From: the human T2T-CHM13v2.0 reference genome, Homo sapiens
Length of the DNA: 64,000 bases
Assembly (NCBI RefSeq): GCF_009914755.1
Contig: NC_060925.1
Direction: 5' to 3' (one strand)
Shown here: piece after piece, positions 28,187-38,901 of the stretch
How positions within the stretch are numbered: position 1 is the stretch's first letter
Layout: each line of letters starts with the position of its first letter
Made by a program: the position numbers and the translations under genes
Notes under the pieces: model-generated
Databases searched by the model: none
What the model saw: the letters and a program-made list of their open reading frames with translations, nothing else
Told to the model about the DNA's origin: nothing

Positions 28187-28301
28187 ACCGCAGACCAACT
28201 CCTAGCCCGAGCTGATGCTGCCAAGGCCCTCGCTGAAGAAGCTGCAAAGAAGGGACGGGATACCTTACAAGAAGCTAATGACATTCTCAACAACCTGAAA
28301 G
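28187..28301 (+). CDS. LAMC1: LAMC1 exon 24 (115 nt), coiled coil
   Basis: ttgcag|ACCGCA ... GAAAG|gtagaa; TADQLLARADAAKALAEEAAK. Confidence 0.96.
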
Positions 28302-28751
28302 GTAGAAAAGGCTGAGATAACAGGGGCAAATGCTTCCGCCACTAGAGTGATTTTTTTTTTAATCATGACTTTTACCATATTTATTACTTCATCCCCAACT
28401 CCCTACTTTTTTTATGCTAAAGTATTTCAAAGGGAAATCCCAGAGCTCCTGTCATTTTATCCCTGCATACTTCAGTATGGATTTTTTTTTAAAGATGTTT
28501 TCTTATTAGGCAAACTCACATAACCAAGATGCCTATTTAGAGAACTTATATAGGTAAATGAAGATTATCTTTCATTTTCTCTGCCAGTGGCATCTGATTC
28601 TTTGTTGTTGTTTTTTTTTCTTCACCCCAGATAGAAGAGAAATGTGACCAATTCACTGAGCAACTGTGAATTCTTGTCTGATAAAACAGTCATAGGTTCT
28701 ATAAATAGAGAAGCTTTACAGGATGCTTTACAGGGTACTAGTTGAAAATAT

Positions 28752-29053
28752 GGGACAGGCACGGTGGCCTGTAATCCCAACACTTCGGGAGGAAGGATCA
28801 CTGGAGGCCAGGAGTTGAAGACCAGTTCCTCACTGGGGAATATAGTGAGACCCCATCTCTATAAAAAAAAAATTTTTTTTTAATTAGCCGGGCATGCTGG
28901 CACATACCTGTAGTCCTAGCTACTTGAGAGGCTGAGGTGGGAGGATCCCTTGAGCCCAGGAGGTCAAGGCTGCACTAAGCAGTGATTGTGCCACTGCATT
29001 CCAGCCAGGGTGACAGAGTGAAACCTTGTCTCTCAAAAAAAAAAAAAAAAAAA
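28752..29053 (+). mobile_element. AluJ followed by a MIR fragment to ~29250
   Basis: Diverged Alu dimer with A-tail. Confidence 0.85.
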
Positions 29054-29530
29054 AGTAGTAGTTCAAAATATGGACTCTGGTGTCAGTGGGCCTTGGTTCA
29101 AAACCCTGCACCCTGCACCACAGGTCATGTAACTTCTTTAATCCTCAATTTTCTTATAAAAATGATACAGCCTATTTTATGTCAAAGACACAAAGCTCTT
29201 AACTCAGTACCCGACACACAGTAAACACTAAATAAATTGCAGCTTTTAATAATGGTTGAGGTAGTGGTAATGGGATGCTCAGCGCTCTGCATTTTAAAGC
29301 ACATTGTTGAAGTAAGAATTCTATTTCCAGAAATGGAACATTTCTATAACACTAACTGGGAGACCTATTCTGTAGAGATGTGTAATTTCTAAAATTTCAG
29401 CCCATGCTCTCTTCCATTTTTTACCCTGACTTCCATTGTTCATAAAACAAAATCCAGTTGGAACTCCCTGAAAGGCCCCCTTTTTACTTGTTGGGAGTTT
29501 AGCTCAAATGTGTCCTTGAACTTGTTTCAG

Positions 29531-29730
29531 ATTTTGATAGGCGCGTGAACGATAACAAGACGGCCGCAGAGGAGGCACTAAGGAAGATTCCTGCCATCAA
29601 CCAGACCATCACTGAAGCCAATGAAAAGACCAGAGAAGCCCAGCAGGCCCTGGGCAGTGCTGCGGCGGATGCCACAGAGGCCAAGAACAAGGCCCATGAG
29701 GCGGAGAGGATCGCGAGCGCTGTCCAAAAG
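29531..29730 (+). CDS. LAMC1: LAMC1 exon 25 (200 nt), coiled coil
   Basis: tttcag|ATTTTG ... AAAAG|gtgtgc; FDRRVNDNKTAAEEAL. Confidence 0.97.
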
Positions 29731-30817
29731 GTGTGCGTTTCCTCTTCTCCAAGAGTCCCTGCCCATATCTTTCTCTGGTCACTTTCCAGTTTCTTTCCAG
29801 ACCCTCAGAGCCCTTGCAGATTTTTTTCCTGAACTTCAGTAAAATTGTCTTAAACCATATTTGTCTTTTTTTTTTCTTTTGACTAGGCATGAGAGTAGGT
29901 ATCCACATTGATTGAGGAGGGGAACTCAGTAAAAGCGTGCTTTACTCTAAAATTTCTACTATGTCTCAGTGTGAGGTCTGGCTTCAGAGGTCTATAGAGC
30001 CCATTCCCACAAAAAATCAGACTTTTTCTAAATAAACATTCTTCTTTGACCTAGACAGGTGGTATTTATTTCAATACTATGTAGTGTGCCTTATCAATAT
30101 AACTTTCAAGTCCCCCTTTCAAGTATATTGCCATATGTAAGCCACTCCTAGGAGAGACTTCCCATAGCTGCCATTGCTAGGATTCTTTGAAGTCATCTTC
30201 AAGAATAATGTTTTTTAGTTTGGCTTTCTCTTATTTCAAGGTAAATCTGTTTGTTTTATTTAAAAGAGAGATTGGAGCAATTTTAGAATTAGGTATTTAA
30301 GAATCAGACAAACCTCTTAGTTTCCTTAGAACAGTTGGCTTTTGGATTAATTATATTTTATAAAATACTCATATTTCAGGATTGTGGTCTTTTTGTACAT
30401 TATGATGAACTGCCAAGAATGAACCAAGCTAGCTTTGAATTTAAATTTTACCTCAGCGAAAGCATCTAATCAATATGATGTCGTAGAAAGTGTATGCCAT
30501 TAAATGTTTATCATTTGCTGTCTGTATGACCCCAACTAAAAATAGCAATAATAGAACAGAAGTTTCCAGGATTAAAGAAGAGGATACAAATGAAAGTGCT
30601 AGATAAAATACAAAATGTTATTATGTGGGTAGTAATGTTTTTTTATGATTATTTATAACCCAAATTGATAATGTAAGTCATGAGATAGTATAAATCAATA
30701 TATTATTATTTCTGGATTATATTTTTAAGACATTTTATAAATTATAAAAGGAACGGGAGCATACTTGAGAAAAAGGAAAGCTTTTTTAAAAAAAGTACAA
30801 TTTTCTTTTGTGCCTAG

Positions 30818-30976
30818 AATGCCACCAGCACCAAGGCAGAAGCTGAAAGAACTTTTGCAGAAGTTACAGATCTGGATAATGAGGTGAACAATATGTTGAA
30901 GCAACTGCAGGAAGCAGAAAAAGAGCTAAAGAGAAAACAAGATGACGCTGACCAGGACATGATGATGGCAGGGATG
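30818..30976 (+). CDS. LAMC1: LAMC1 exon 26 (159 nt), coiled coil
   Basis: gcctag|AATGCC ... GGATG|gtaaga; NATSTKAEAERTF...QDMMMAGM. Confidence 0.96.
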
Positions 30977-31920
30977 GTAAGAGGTTTTGGTATATTTGCT
31001 CATTGGCAGAAAGTGAACAGTGTTTAATAATAAAGATCCCCCACTTGTTGAGAAGAGTCTTTTTTATATTGACTTCTGTTTTTCATCACATTGTCTCGTC
31101 AAGAATTGGGTTAGTAGCTTACATAGAAGACAAAGAATTTGGATCTTCTGCCAGGTAATTTTGTTGCACAATTGTCCTGTCCCAAAGTTACTCAGTTAAA
31201 AGTAAAACATTGCTTTACACGTTTGAGGTTTTAGGACATTAAAAGTATGTGTTTATATTTTTCACTGGGTAATTCATAAATGTTAATAAAAAAGGAATGC
31301 AATGAAGTTAATTTTCTTCTTATTCTTGTTCTCCCAGCACCTTTAGAGACAAAGACAAGTTTCTTGTATATAAGAAATTTTTGAAGATGGCATTGTCTAC
31401 CACCCCACCAAAACATATGAAACTTACATCTAGTTTAATTTTTCACGTTTTGTGATAATTTGTATGCAAGGTACTATTTGTAACAAAATTGACTTGTCAA
31501 TGGATGGCCCAAGGAAGAACTAAGGTCCATTTTTCTGTTCTATGCTATATTTTGCTTTGAAAAGACTTTAATGGAGTCACAGTAGGAATATTCTTTTTCC
31601 AGTTGGGTGTAGCAATCACGGTAATGACATACACGAACTTGTGGTTACTTGCTCACTTTCAGTGGCAAAGAAGAGGCCATCGTTCACTGCTGCCAGAAAA
31701 CATAGTCCCTCACTGTGGGTCATTTTCATCTTGGGATGGAAAAAAGAAGTACAAAGCCTGTTAATCTCAGTAAAAACTCTAGGGAAGTGATAAAGGAAAC
31801 TATCTCTGTGCAACCACCTAATTTTATTATGCTTTTTACAGGTAGGGGGGTGGATGTTGGTTTGGATTGTCCTGATTTTCTCCGTTATGGTGTGGCTCAA
31901 GTAAAAATTCCCATAAAGGT

Positions 31921-32200
31921 GTCTGGGCGCAGTGGTTCACTCCTGTAATCCCAGCACTTTGAGAGGCCGAGGTGGGTGGATCGCCTGTGGTCAGGAATTC
32001 GAGACCAGCCTGGCCAACATGGTGAAACGCTATCTCTACTAAAAATACAAAAATTAGTTGGGCATGGTGGTGGGTGCCTGTTACCCCAGCTACATAGGAG
32101 GCTGAGGCAGGAGAATTGCTTGAACTTGGGAGGTGGAGGTTGTAATGAGCCAAGATCACTCCACCCTGGGCCACAGAGGAAGACTCCGTCTCAAAAAAAC
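31921..32200 (+). mobile_element. AluS in intron 26, TSD aaaaattcccataaa
   Basis: TSD at 31903-31917 and 32201-32215. Confidence 0.9.
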
Positions 32201-33549
32201 AAAAATTCCCATAAAAAAAATAGATGTTTCTCACATGTTGAGCATATATGGATTTCATTTTTAATATGATTGTAGAAACATTAGATTTAAAGCATATTGA
32301 AAAAGAAAACAGTATATTCTTTAGGAGCTTCAAAAAAGGGTTTTGGTTTAGTTCAAAGGGTGAAAGAAGATCTTTTATTATTTTGGTAAATAACTTCTAA
32401 GGAAACAAACCACCCTCACATGCACTATCTCATTTGTATTTCTGTCAATTCTGAAAGGCCAGCATTTGGCCAGTATTATTTGAATCTGTATTGTATTTTT
32501 TAACCAGAAGAATGAAGGTTTATAGCTTCATTCTTTTGGAAGAGGAGGCTGGAGACCACAGGTTAAATGCAGGTGCATCGCTCTTGGCCGGCCCTGGCAG
32601 GGTCCTTTCTCCCTCCTTTTACACGCGCAGACAAGCTTGTGGATGCTCAATAAGGACAGCTGCCGTTTGGACAGAGATTAATCATTTATTTGTGAAGGTT
32701 TTTTCTGCCTTGCTTTCTTGTTCTTTTTTAAATCTTCACATTGTTTTGATCCCAAAATGTTTGTGTTGTCCTTACTCAAAACTAGGAAAAACAATTATGT
32801 GGTAAGAGGCTCAGAGCCACTTACTTAAATCTCAACTAGATTTATTTGTGAGAACATCTGTTTTCTGATATTTAGACACTTCCTCTTCCATTGCTGTTTC
32901 CTATGACTCATGCACAGTTATTTGTTCAGGTTTCATGGAATTTCCCAAGTGTATTTACCTTTGTTTGGTTTTTAAAATGTAAATTATATTGCCCCAATAA
33001 ATGAGTATGTGTGTCAGGGGGACTGTGGCTGGGTCATTGCATGTGGAAGGGGAGTTTACAGAAGAGAACTCCTAGAAGAGCTTTACTTAACTATGAAAAT
33101 TTTCAAAGAATAGGACATTTCTAATAAGTCCCTAAGAGTGTCCTGAAGGACATGTTTTGGTTCTGAAACATAGTTTCTATAATCATCCTTAAAAAATAAC
33201 TTGTTTCTGCTTAATAGGCTTTACTATGAATATACCTCCATATATTATTAAGTTAGAATGTGAGAAAAGGAGATAATTTTTGAAGTACAAATATAGTGAG
33301 TTAGTGAGTGTAGGCATCCTGACTGCCTAGTCATAACTTTGATGAAGTAGAAATACCAACATCCTCAATATGAAGATAGCAGCAGCCCCACCAAAAAAAA
33401 AAAAAAAAAAAGCAATGAGAGGTTTCAATTTCCTAAGTTAGAAAAGGGAAGAAAATCTGGAAATTAGATTTGTTGGGTCATTGGGAAAAAAGATTTAAAG
33501 AAGATGAAAACATACAGTCAAGACTCTTTGCCTCATTTTTCCCTTACAG

Positions 33550-33649
33550 GCTTCACAGGCTGCTCAAGAAGCCGAGATCAATGCCAGAAAAGCCAAAAAC
33601 TCTGTTACTAGCCTCCTCAGCATTATTAATGACCTCTTGGAGCAGCTGG
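33550..33649 (+). CDS. LAMC1: LAMC1 exon 27 (100 nt), coiled coil
   Basis: ttacag|GCTTCA ... GCTGG|gtacgt; ASQAAQEAEINARKAK. Confidence 0.96.
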
Positions 33650-34174
33650 GTACGTAGCCATAGAGTCATTTTTGTCAGTCTCTGAATCTTTTGTACTGTT
33701 CTTAGGATCTGATATAGTACAGTTGACTCAAAAGCAGATGATATAGGTTTACATGAATCCCTTTTAAGTCATTAATTAAATTATTAATATTTCCTTTTGC
33801 TGTTGCTTATTTTTGAAAGCCTTATAAAATAAATGTTTGTCTTGCATGACAGGGTCTTTAAGAGCAACTTGCTTCTTTACCATACTTATTATTTGTCAGC
33901 TTTACAGTGTGACCTGAATCATGACTTTAGGCTGTGTTAATGTGACAAGTACTTACTAGGTGCCTTCTGTGGACCTTGCCCTAAGTAGAACACTGTGGTC
34001 TGAGGAGTTTCTTTTTATATTTTGAAGATATATTGCCAGCTAGGGTAGCATTTATGGTCCAGTATCATTGTACAACTAAACAGTGATTTTTCTTAACTCA
34101 TCTTGCTGGCAGTATCTTTAAGGGATTTAAAGTAAAGGATTTCAATAGTAGAATAAAAGAATAGTAGAATCACA

Positions 34175-34475
34175 GGCTGGGTGTGATGGCTCACACTGGT
34201 AATCCCAGTACTTTAAGAAGCCATGCAAGGAGGATAGCTTGAGGCCAGGAGTTTGAGACCAGCCTAGGCAACATAGCGAGATCTCACCTCGTCTCTTCAA
34301 ATTATTTTAAAAATTAGCTGGGTGTGGTGCTACACGCCTGTAGTCCTAGCTACCCGGGAGACTGAAGCAGGTGCATCACTTGAGTTTGAGGTGATAGTGA
34401 GCTGTTATCGTGCCACTGCACTCCACCCTGGGCAACAGAGCGAAACCCTGTCTCAATTTAAAAAACGAAAAAGAA
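34175..34475 (+). mobile_element. AluJ
   Basis: Diverged dimer. Confidence 0.87.
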
Positions 34476-35679
34476 CACTTAAAACTGGTCATGACTTTAC
34501 TGCCTGGAATTCTCTTCATTTGCTAAGTAAGGACAGTCCGATGAGGGGAAAGCTTTCATGCCAAAAGAGAGAAAAACCTTGATTTTTCAAGGAAATCTAT
34601 GCATACGGAAACCTTCTTTTAATCCAGTTTGATAGGGTGTTAGGGAGCAGGCTTCATTTTAGGACAGATGCACTTTTGTCACCAGACTCCATTATAAAGT
34701 GTCAACACTCTAGCCAGGACTCTTTGTAGCAAGGCATTATATTTTAATTTGCCAGCCTTTAAAGACTGGTGCATTTTGTTTTGGTGGGGGGCTACAGGGG
34801 TATTTTTTATCAGTCTCAAATGTCAAGAATAAGTTATGTGCCAACAGATGGATATAAAATGAAAGTAAGCTAGAAGAGAAAGCTTTTTGTGGAACAGCCA
34901 GACTTTTAACATTAGTCTGACTTGGGTTAGTATCTTTGCTTTGTTGCCTATAGGCTGTGCAAACTTGGGCAAATTATTTAACATCTGAGAATCACTGATG
35001 TAAAATGGTCTTGTGAGACTTTAATCAAGTCAAGTATGCATGAAATGCTGTCTATTGTGTCTGCTTTTGTTTGTTATGGAAACATCTCATTTCTTTCAAA
35101 AGAACCTCTTTTTCTTGCTAAGCTTAAAGTGAAGACTTGCTGAAATTATTTCAGCATTTTACTCCTGGCCATTTTCCATAGGAAGGCTCCTAATAGTGTC
35201 TAACTCCTGAAAGCAGAAAGTGACCTTCAAAACTGACCCATCTTCCCTGGAATCTCTCTAAGAGCTGAGGGATTAGGGTTCTTAGAGATTTGTGTATCTT
35301 TGATGGCACTAAAATGACATAGAGTTTACATGTATACACCTGGAAAAGGTATTAAATGTTATCAGATGGCCCTCAAAGGTCTAGAACATGGTAGCTGTGC
35401 ATTGAGGAAACATTCTGCAAAAACCATTGTCTCAGAAAGAAACATCCAGCTCTATATTAATTGTATGCTCAGACCCATCCCTGCTGGGTTAGGTCAGCAT
35501 TTGTACTTGGTTTGCATATTTTATACCATTGTGTGACATCAACAATCTGCAAGTCACATTTGCCGGGCTGCCTGTGCAGAATGGCAGCTGCTGGGCCTAG
35601 AGTCTAGTGCAGGTACTTGTGAAGGGATCATTCTTACTGAATATGTCTGTTCTCTTCTATGTACTTTCTGACCCTCCAG

Positions 35680-35936
35680 GGCAGCTGGATACAGTGGACC
35701 TGAATAAGCTAAACGAGATTGAAGGCACCCTAAACAAAGCCAAAGATGAAATGAAGGTCAGCGATCTTGATAGGAAAGTGTCTGACCTGGAGAATGAAGC
35801 CAAGAAGCAGGAGGCTGCCATCATGGACTATAACCGAGATATCGAGGAGATCATGAAGGACATTCGCAATCTGGAGGACATCAGGAAGACCTTACCATCT
35901 GGCTGCTTCAACACCCCGTCCATTGAAAAGCCCTAG
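35680..35936 (+). CDS. LAMC1: LAMC1 exon 28 coding part (257 nt including TAG); C-terminal Cys and the integrin-binding Glu third from the end
   Basis: ctccag|GGCAGC ... AAG CCC TAG; LPSGCFNTPSIEKP*. Confidence 0.98.
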
Positions 35937-36134
35937 TGTCTTTAGGGCTGGAAGGCAGCATCCCTCTGACGGGGGCAGTTGTGAGGCCACAGAGTGCCTT
36001 GACACAAAGATTACATTTTTCAGACCCCCACTCCTCTGCTGCTGTCCATCACTGTCCTTTTGAACCAGGAAAAGTCACAGAGTTTAAAGAGAAGCAAATT
36101 AAACATCCTGAATCGGGAACAAAGGGTTTTATCT

Positions 36135-36140
36135 AATAAA
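36135..36140 (+). terminator. Proximal poly(A) signal AATAAA (short LAMC1 mRNA)
   Basis: AATAAA ~200 nt after the stop; LAMC1 is known to make short and long mRNAs by alternative polyadenylation. Confidence 0.65.
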
Positions 36141-36333
36141 GTGTCTCTTCCATTCACGTTGCTACCTTACCCACACTTTCCCTTCTGATTTGCGTGAGGA
36201 CGTGGCATCCTACGTTACTGTACAGTGGCATAAGCACATCGTGTGAGCCCATGTATGCTGGGGTAGAGCAAGTAGCCCTCCCCTGTCTCATCGATACCAG
36301 CAGAACCTCCTCAGTCTCAGTACTCTTGTTTCT

Positions 36334-36341
36334 ATGAAGGA
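36334..36341 (+). promoter_or_regulatory. miR-205 8mer site ATGAAGGA
   Basis: Exact seed match in the 3'UTR. Confidence 0.6.
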
Positions 36342-36651
36342 AAAGTTTGGCTACTAACAGTAGCATTGTGATGGCCAGTATATCCAGTCCATGGATAAAG
36401 AAAATGCATCTGCATCTCCTGCCCCTCTTCCTTCTAAGCAAAAGGAAATAAACATCCTGTGCCAAAGGTATTGGTCATTTAGAATGTCGGTAGCCATCCA
36501 TCAGTGCTTTTAGCTATTATGAGTGTAGGACACTGAGCCATCCGTGGGTCAGGATGCAATTATTTATAAAAGTCCCCAGGTGAACATGGCTGAAGATTTT
36601 TCTAGTATATTAATAATTGACTAGGAAGATGAACTTTTTTTCAGATCTTTG

Positions 36652-36947
36652 GGCAGCTGATAATTTAAATCTGGATGGGCAGCTTGCACTCACCAATAGA
36701 CCAAAAGACATCTTTTGATATTCTTATAAATGGAACTTACACAGAAGAAATAGGGATATGATAACCACTAAAGTTTTGTTTTCAAAATCAAACTAATTCT
36801 TACAGCTTTTTTATTAGTTAGTCTTGGAACTAGTGTTAAGTATCTGGCAGAGAACAGTTAATCCCTAAGGTCTTGACAAAACAGAAGAAAAACAAGCCTC
36901 CTCGTCCTAGTCTTTTCTAGCAAAGGGATAAAACTTAGATGGCAGCT
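36652..36947 (+). promoter_or_regulatory. Three miR-22 seed sites GGCAGCT (36652, 36678, 36941)
   Basis: Seed matches; two are 26 nt apart, a spacing compatible with cooperative binding. Confidence 0.5.
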
Positions 36948-37396
36948 TGTACTGTCAGAATCCCGTGTATCCATTTGTTCTTCTGTTGGAGAGATGAGAC
37001 ATTTGACCCTTAGCTCCAGTTTTCTTCTGATGTTTCCATCTTCCAGAATCCCTCAAAAAACATTGTTTGCCAAATCCTGGTGGCAAATACTTGCACTCAG
37101 TATTTCACACAGCTGCCAACGCTATCGAGTTCCTGCACTTTGTGATTTAAATCCACTCTAAACCTTCCCTCTAAGTGTAGAGGGAAGACCCTTACGTGGA
37201 GTTTCCTAGTGGGCTTCTCAACTTTTGATCCTCAGCTCTGTGGTTTTAAGACCACAGTGTGACAGTTCCCTGCCACACACCCCCTTCCTCCTACCAACCC
37301 ACCTTTGAGATTCATATATAGCCTTTAACACTATGCAACTTTGTACTTTGCGTAGCAGGGGCGGGGTGGGGGGAAAGAAACTATTATCTGACACAC

Positions 37397-37404
37397 TGGT
37401 GCTA
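37397..37404 (+). promoter_or_regulatory. miR-29 8mer site TGGTGCTA in the 3'UTR
   Basis: Exact seed match; LAMC1 is an established miR-29 target. Confidence 0.8.
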
Positions 37405-37479
37405 TTAATTATTTCAAATTTATATTTTTGTGTGAATGTTTTGTGTTTTGTTTATCATGATTATAGAATAAGGAATTTA

Positions 37480-37487
37480 TGTAAATA
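37480..37487 (+). promoter_or_regulatory. Pumilio response element TGTAAATA
   Basis: Exact UGUAHAUA match in an AU-rich part of the 3'UTR. Confidence 0.45.
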
Positions 37488-38651
37488 TACTTAGTCCTAT
37501 TTCTAGAATGACACTCTGTTCACTTTGCTCAATTTTTCCTCTTCACTGGCACAATGTATCTGAATACCTCCTTCCCTCCCTTCTAGAATTCTTTGGATTG
37601 TACTCCAAAGAATTGTGCCTTGTGTTTGCAGCATCTCCATTCTCTAAAATTAATATAATTGCTTTCCTCCACACCCAGCCACTGTAAAGAGGTAACTTGG
37701 GTCCTCTTCCATTGCAGTCCTGATGATCCTAACCTGCAGCACGGTGGTTTTACAATGTTCCAGAGCAGGAACGCCAGGTTGACAAGCTATGGTAGGATTA
37801 GGAAAGTTTGCTGAAGAGGATCTTTGACGCCACAGTGGGACTAGCCAGGAATGAGGGAGAAATGCCCTTTTTGGCAATTGTTGGAGCTGGATAGGTAAGT
37901 TTTATAAGGGAGTACATTTTGACTGAGCACTTAGGGCATCAGGAACAGTGCTACTTACTGGTGGGTAGACTGGGAGAGGTGGTGTAACTTAGTTCTTGAT
38001 GATCCCACTTCCTGTTTCCATCTGCTTGGGATATACCAGAGTTTACCACAAGTGTTTTGACGATATACTCCTGAGCTTTCACTCTGCTGCTTCTCCCAGG
38101 CCTCTTCTACTATGGCAGGAGATGTGGTGTGCTGTTGCAAAGTTTTCACGTCATCGTTTCCTGGCTAGTTCATTTCATTAAGTGGCTACATCCTAACATA
38201 TGCATTTGGTCAAGGTTGCAGAAGAGGACTGAAGATTGACTGCCAAGCTAGTTTGGGTGAAGTTCACTCCAGCAAGTCTCAGGCCACAATGGGGTGGTTT
38301 GGTTTGGTTTCCTTTTAACTTTCTTTTTGTTATTTGCTTTTCTCCTCCACCTGTGTGGTATATTTTTTAAGCAGAATTTTATTTTTTAAAATAAAAGGTT
38401 CTTTACAAGATGATACCTTAATTACACTCCCGCAACACAGCCATTATTTTATTGTCTAGCTCCAGTTATCTGTATTTTATGTAATGTAATTGACAGGATG
38501 GCTGCTGCAGAATGCTGGTTGACACAGGGATTATTATACTGCTATTTTTCCCTGAATTTTTTTCCTTTGAATTCCAACTGTGGACCTTTTATATGTGCCT
38601 TCACTTTAGCTGTTTGCCTTAATCTCTACAGCCTTGCTCTCCAGGGTGGTT

Positions 38652-38713
38652 AATAAAATGCAACACTTGGCATTTTTATGTTTTAAGAAAAACAGTATTT
38701 TATTTATAATAAA
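38652..38713 (+). terminator. Distal poly(A) signals (AATAAA at 38652-38657 and 38708-38713)
   Basis: Two AATAAA in U-rich context with a downstream GU-rich element. Confidence 0.8.
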
Positions 38714-38862
38714 ATCTGAATATTTGTAACCCTTTATATTTGGTGTGGCCTGAGTGTGGTACTGGGGACATAAGATGTTTTAAAAGGTATAATGAATGAA
38801 AAGCCGTACATAATACCTTCTTTGGGTGACTTATTTTCTTGAGAACAATTCAGTATACATTT

Positions 38863-38901
38863 TATATATATATAAATATATATATGTATATATGTATATA
38901 T
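38863..38901. repeat. (TA)n-rich microsatellite
   Basis: tatatatatataaatatatatatgtatatatgtatatat. Confidence 0.85.

Larger units (their letters stand above)
31545..34450 (-). ncRNA. LAMC1-AS1: Probable LAMC1 antisense lncRNA over intron 26, exon 27 and intron 27; ends approximate
   Basis: Mostly recalled annotation. Sequence support is limited to a minus-strand ATTAAA (tttaat 31567-31572) near the expected 3' end; exon structure not determined. Confidence 0.4.
35994..38621 (+). promoter_or_regulatory. miR-124/506 seed sites: GTGCCTT at 35994, 37615 and 38595; TGCCTTA at 38615
   Basis: Four seed matches read directly; LAMC1 is an established miR-124 target. Confidence 0.7.
35937..38735 (+). 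other. LAMC1: LAMC1 3'UTR (long form)
   Basis: Repeat-free sequence after the stop codon, ending ~20 nt after AATAAA 38708-38713 and followed by GU-rich tggtgtggcctgagtgtggt. Confidence 0.85.

Noticed and set aside
32645-32665. Possible REST/NRSF site (ggacagctgcc)
   Set aside because: Only the right half-site matches
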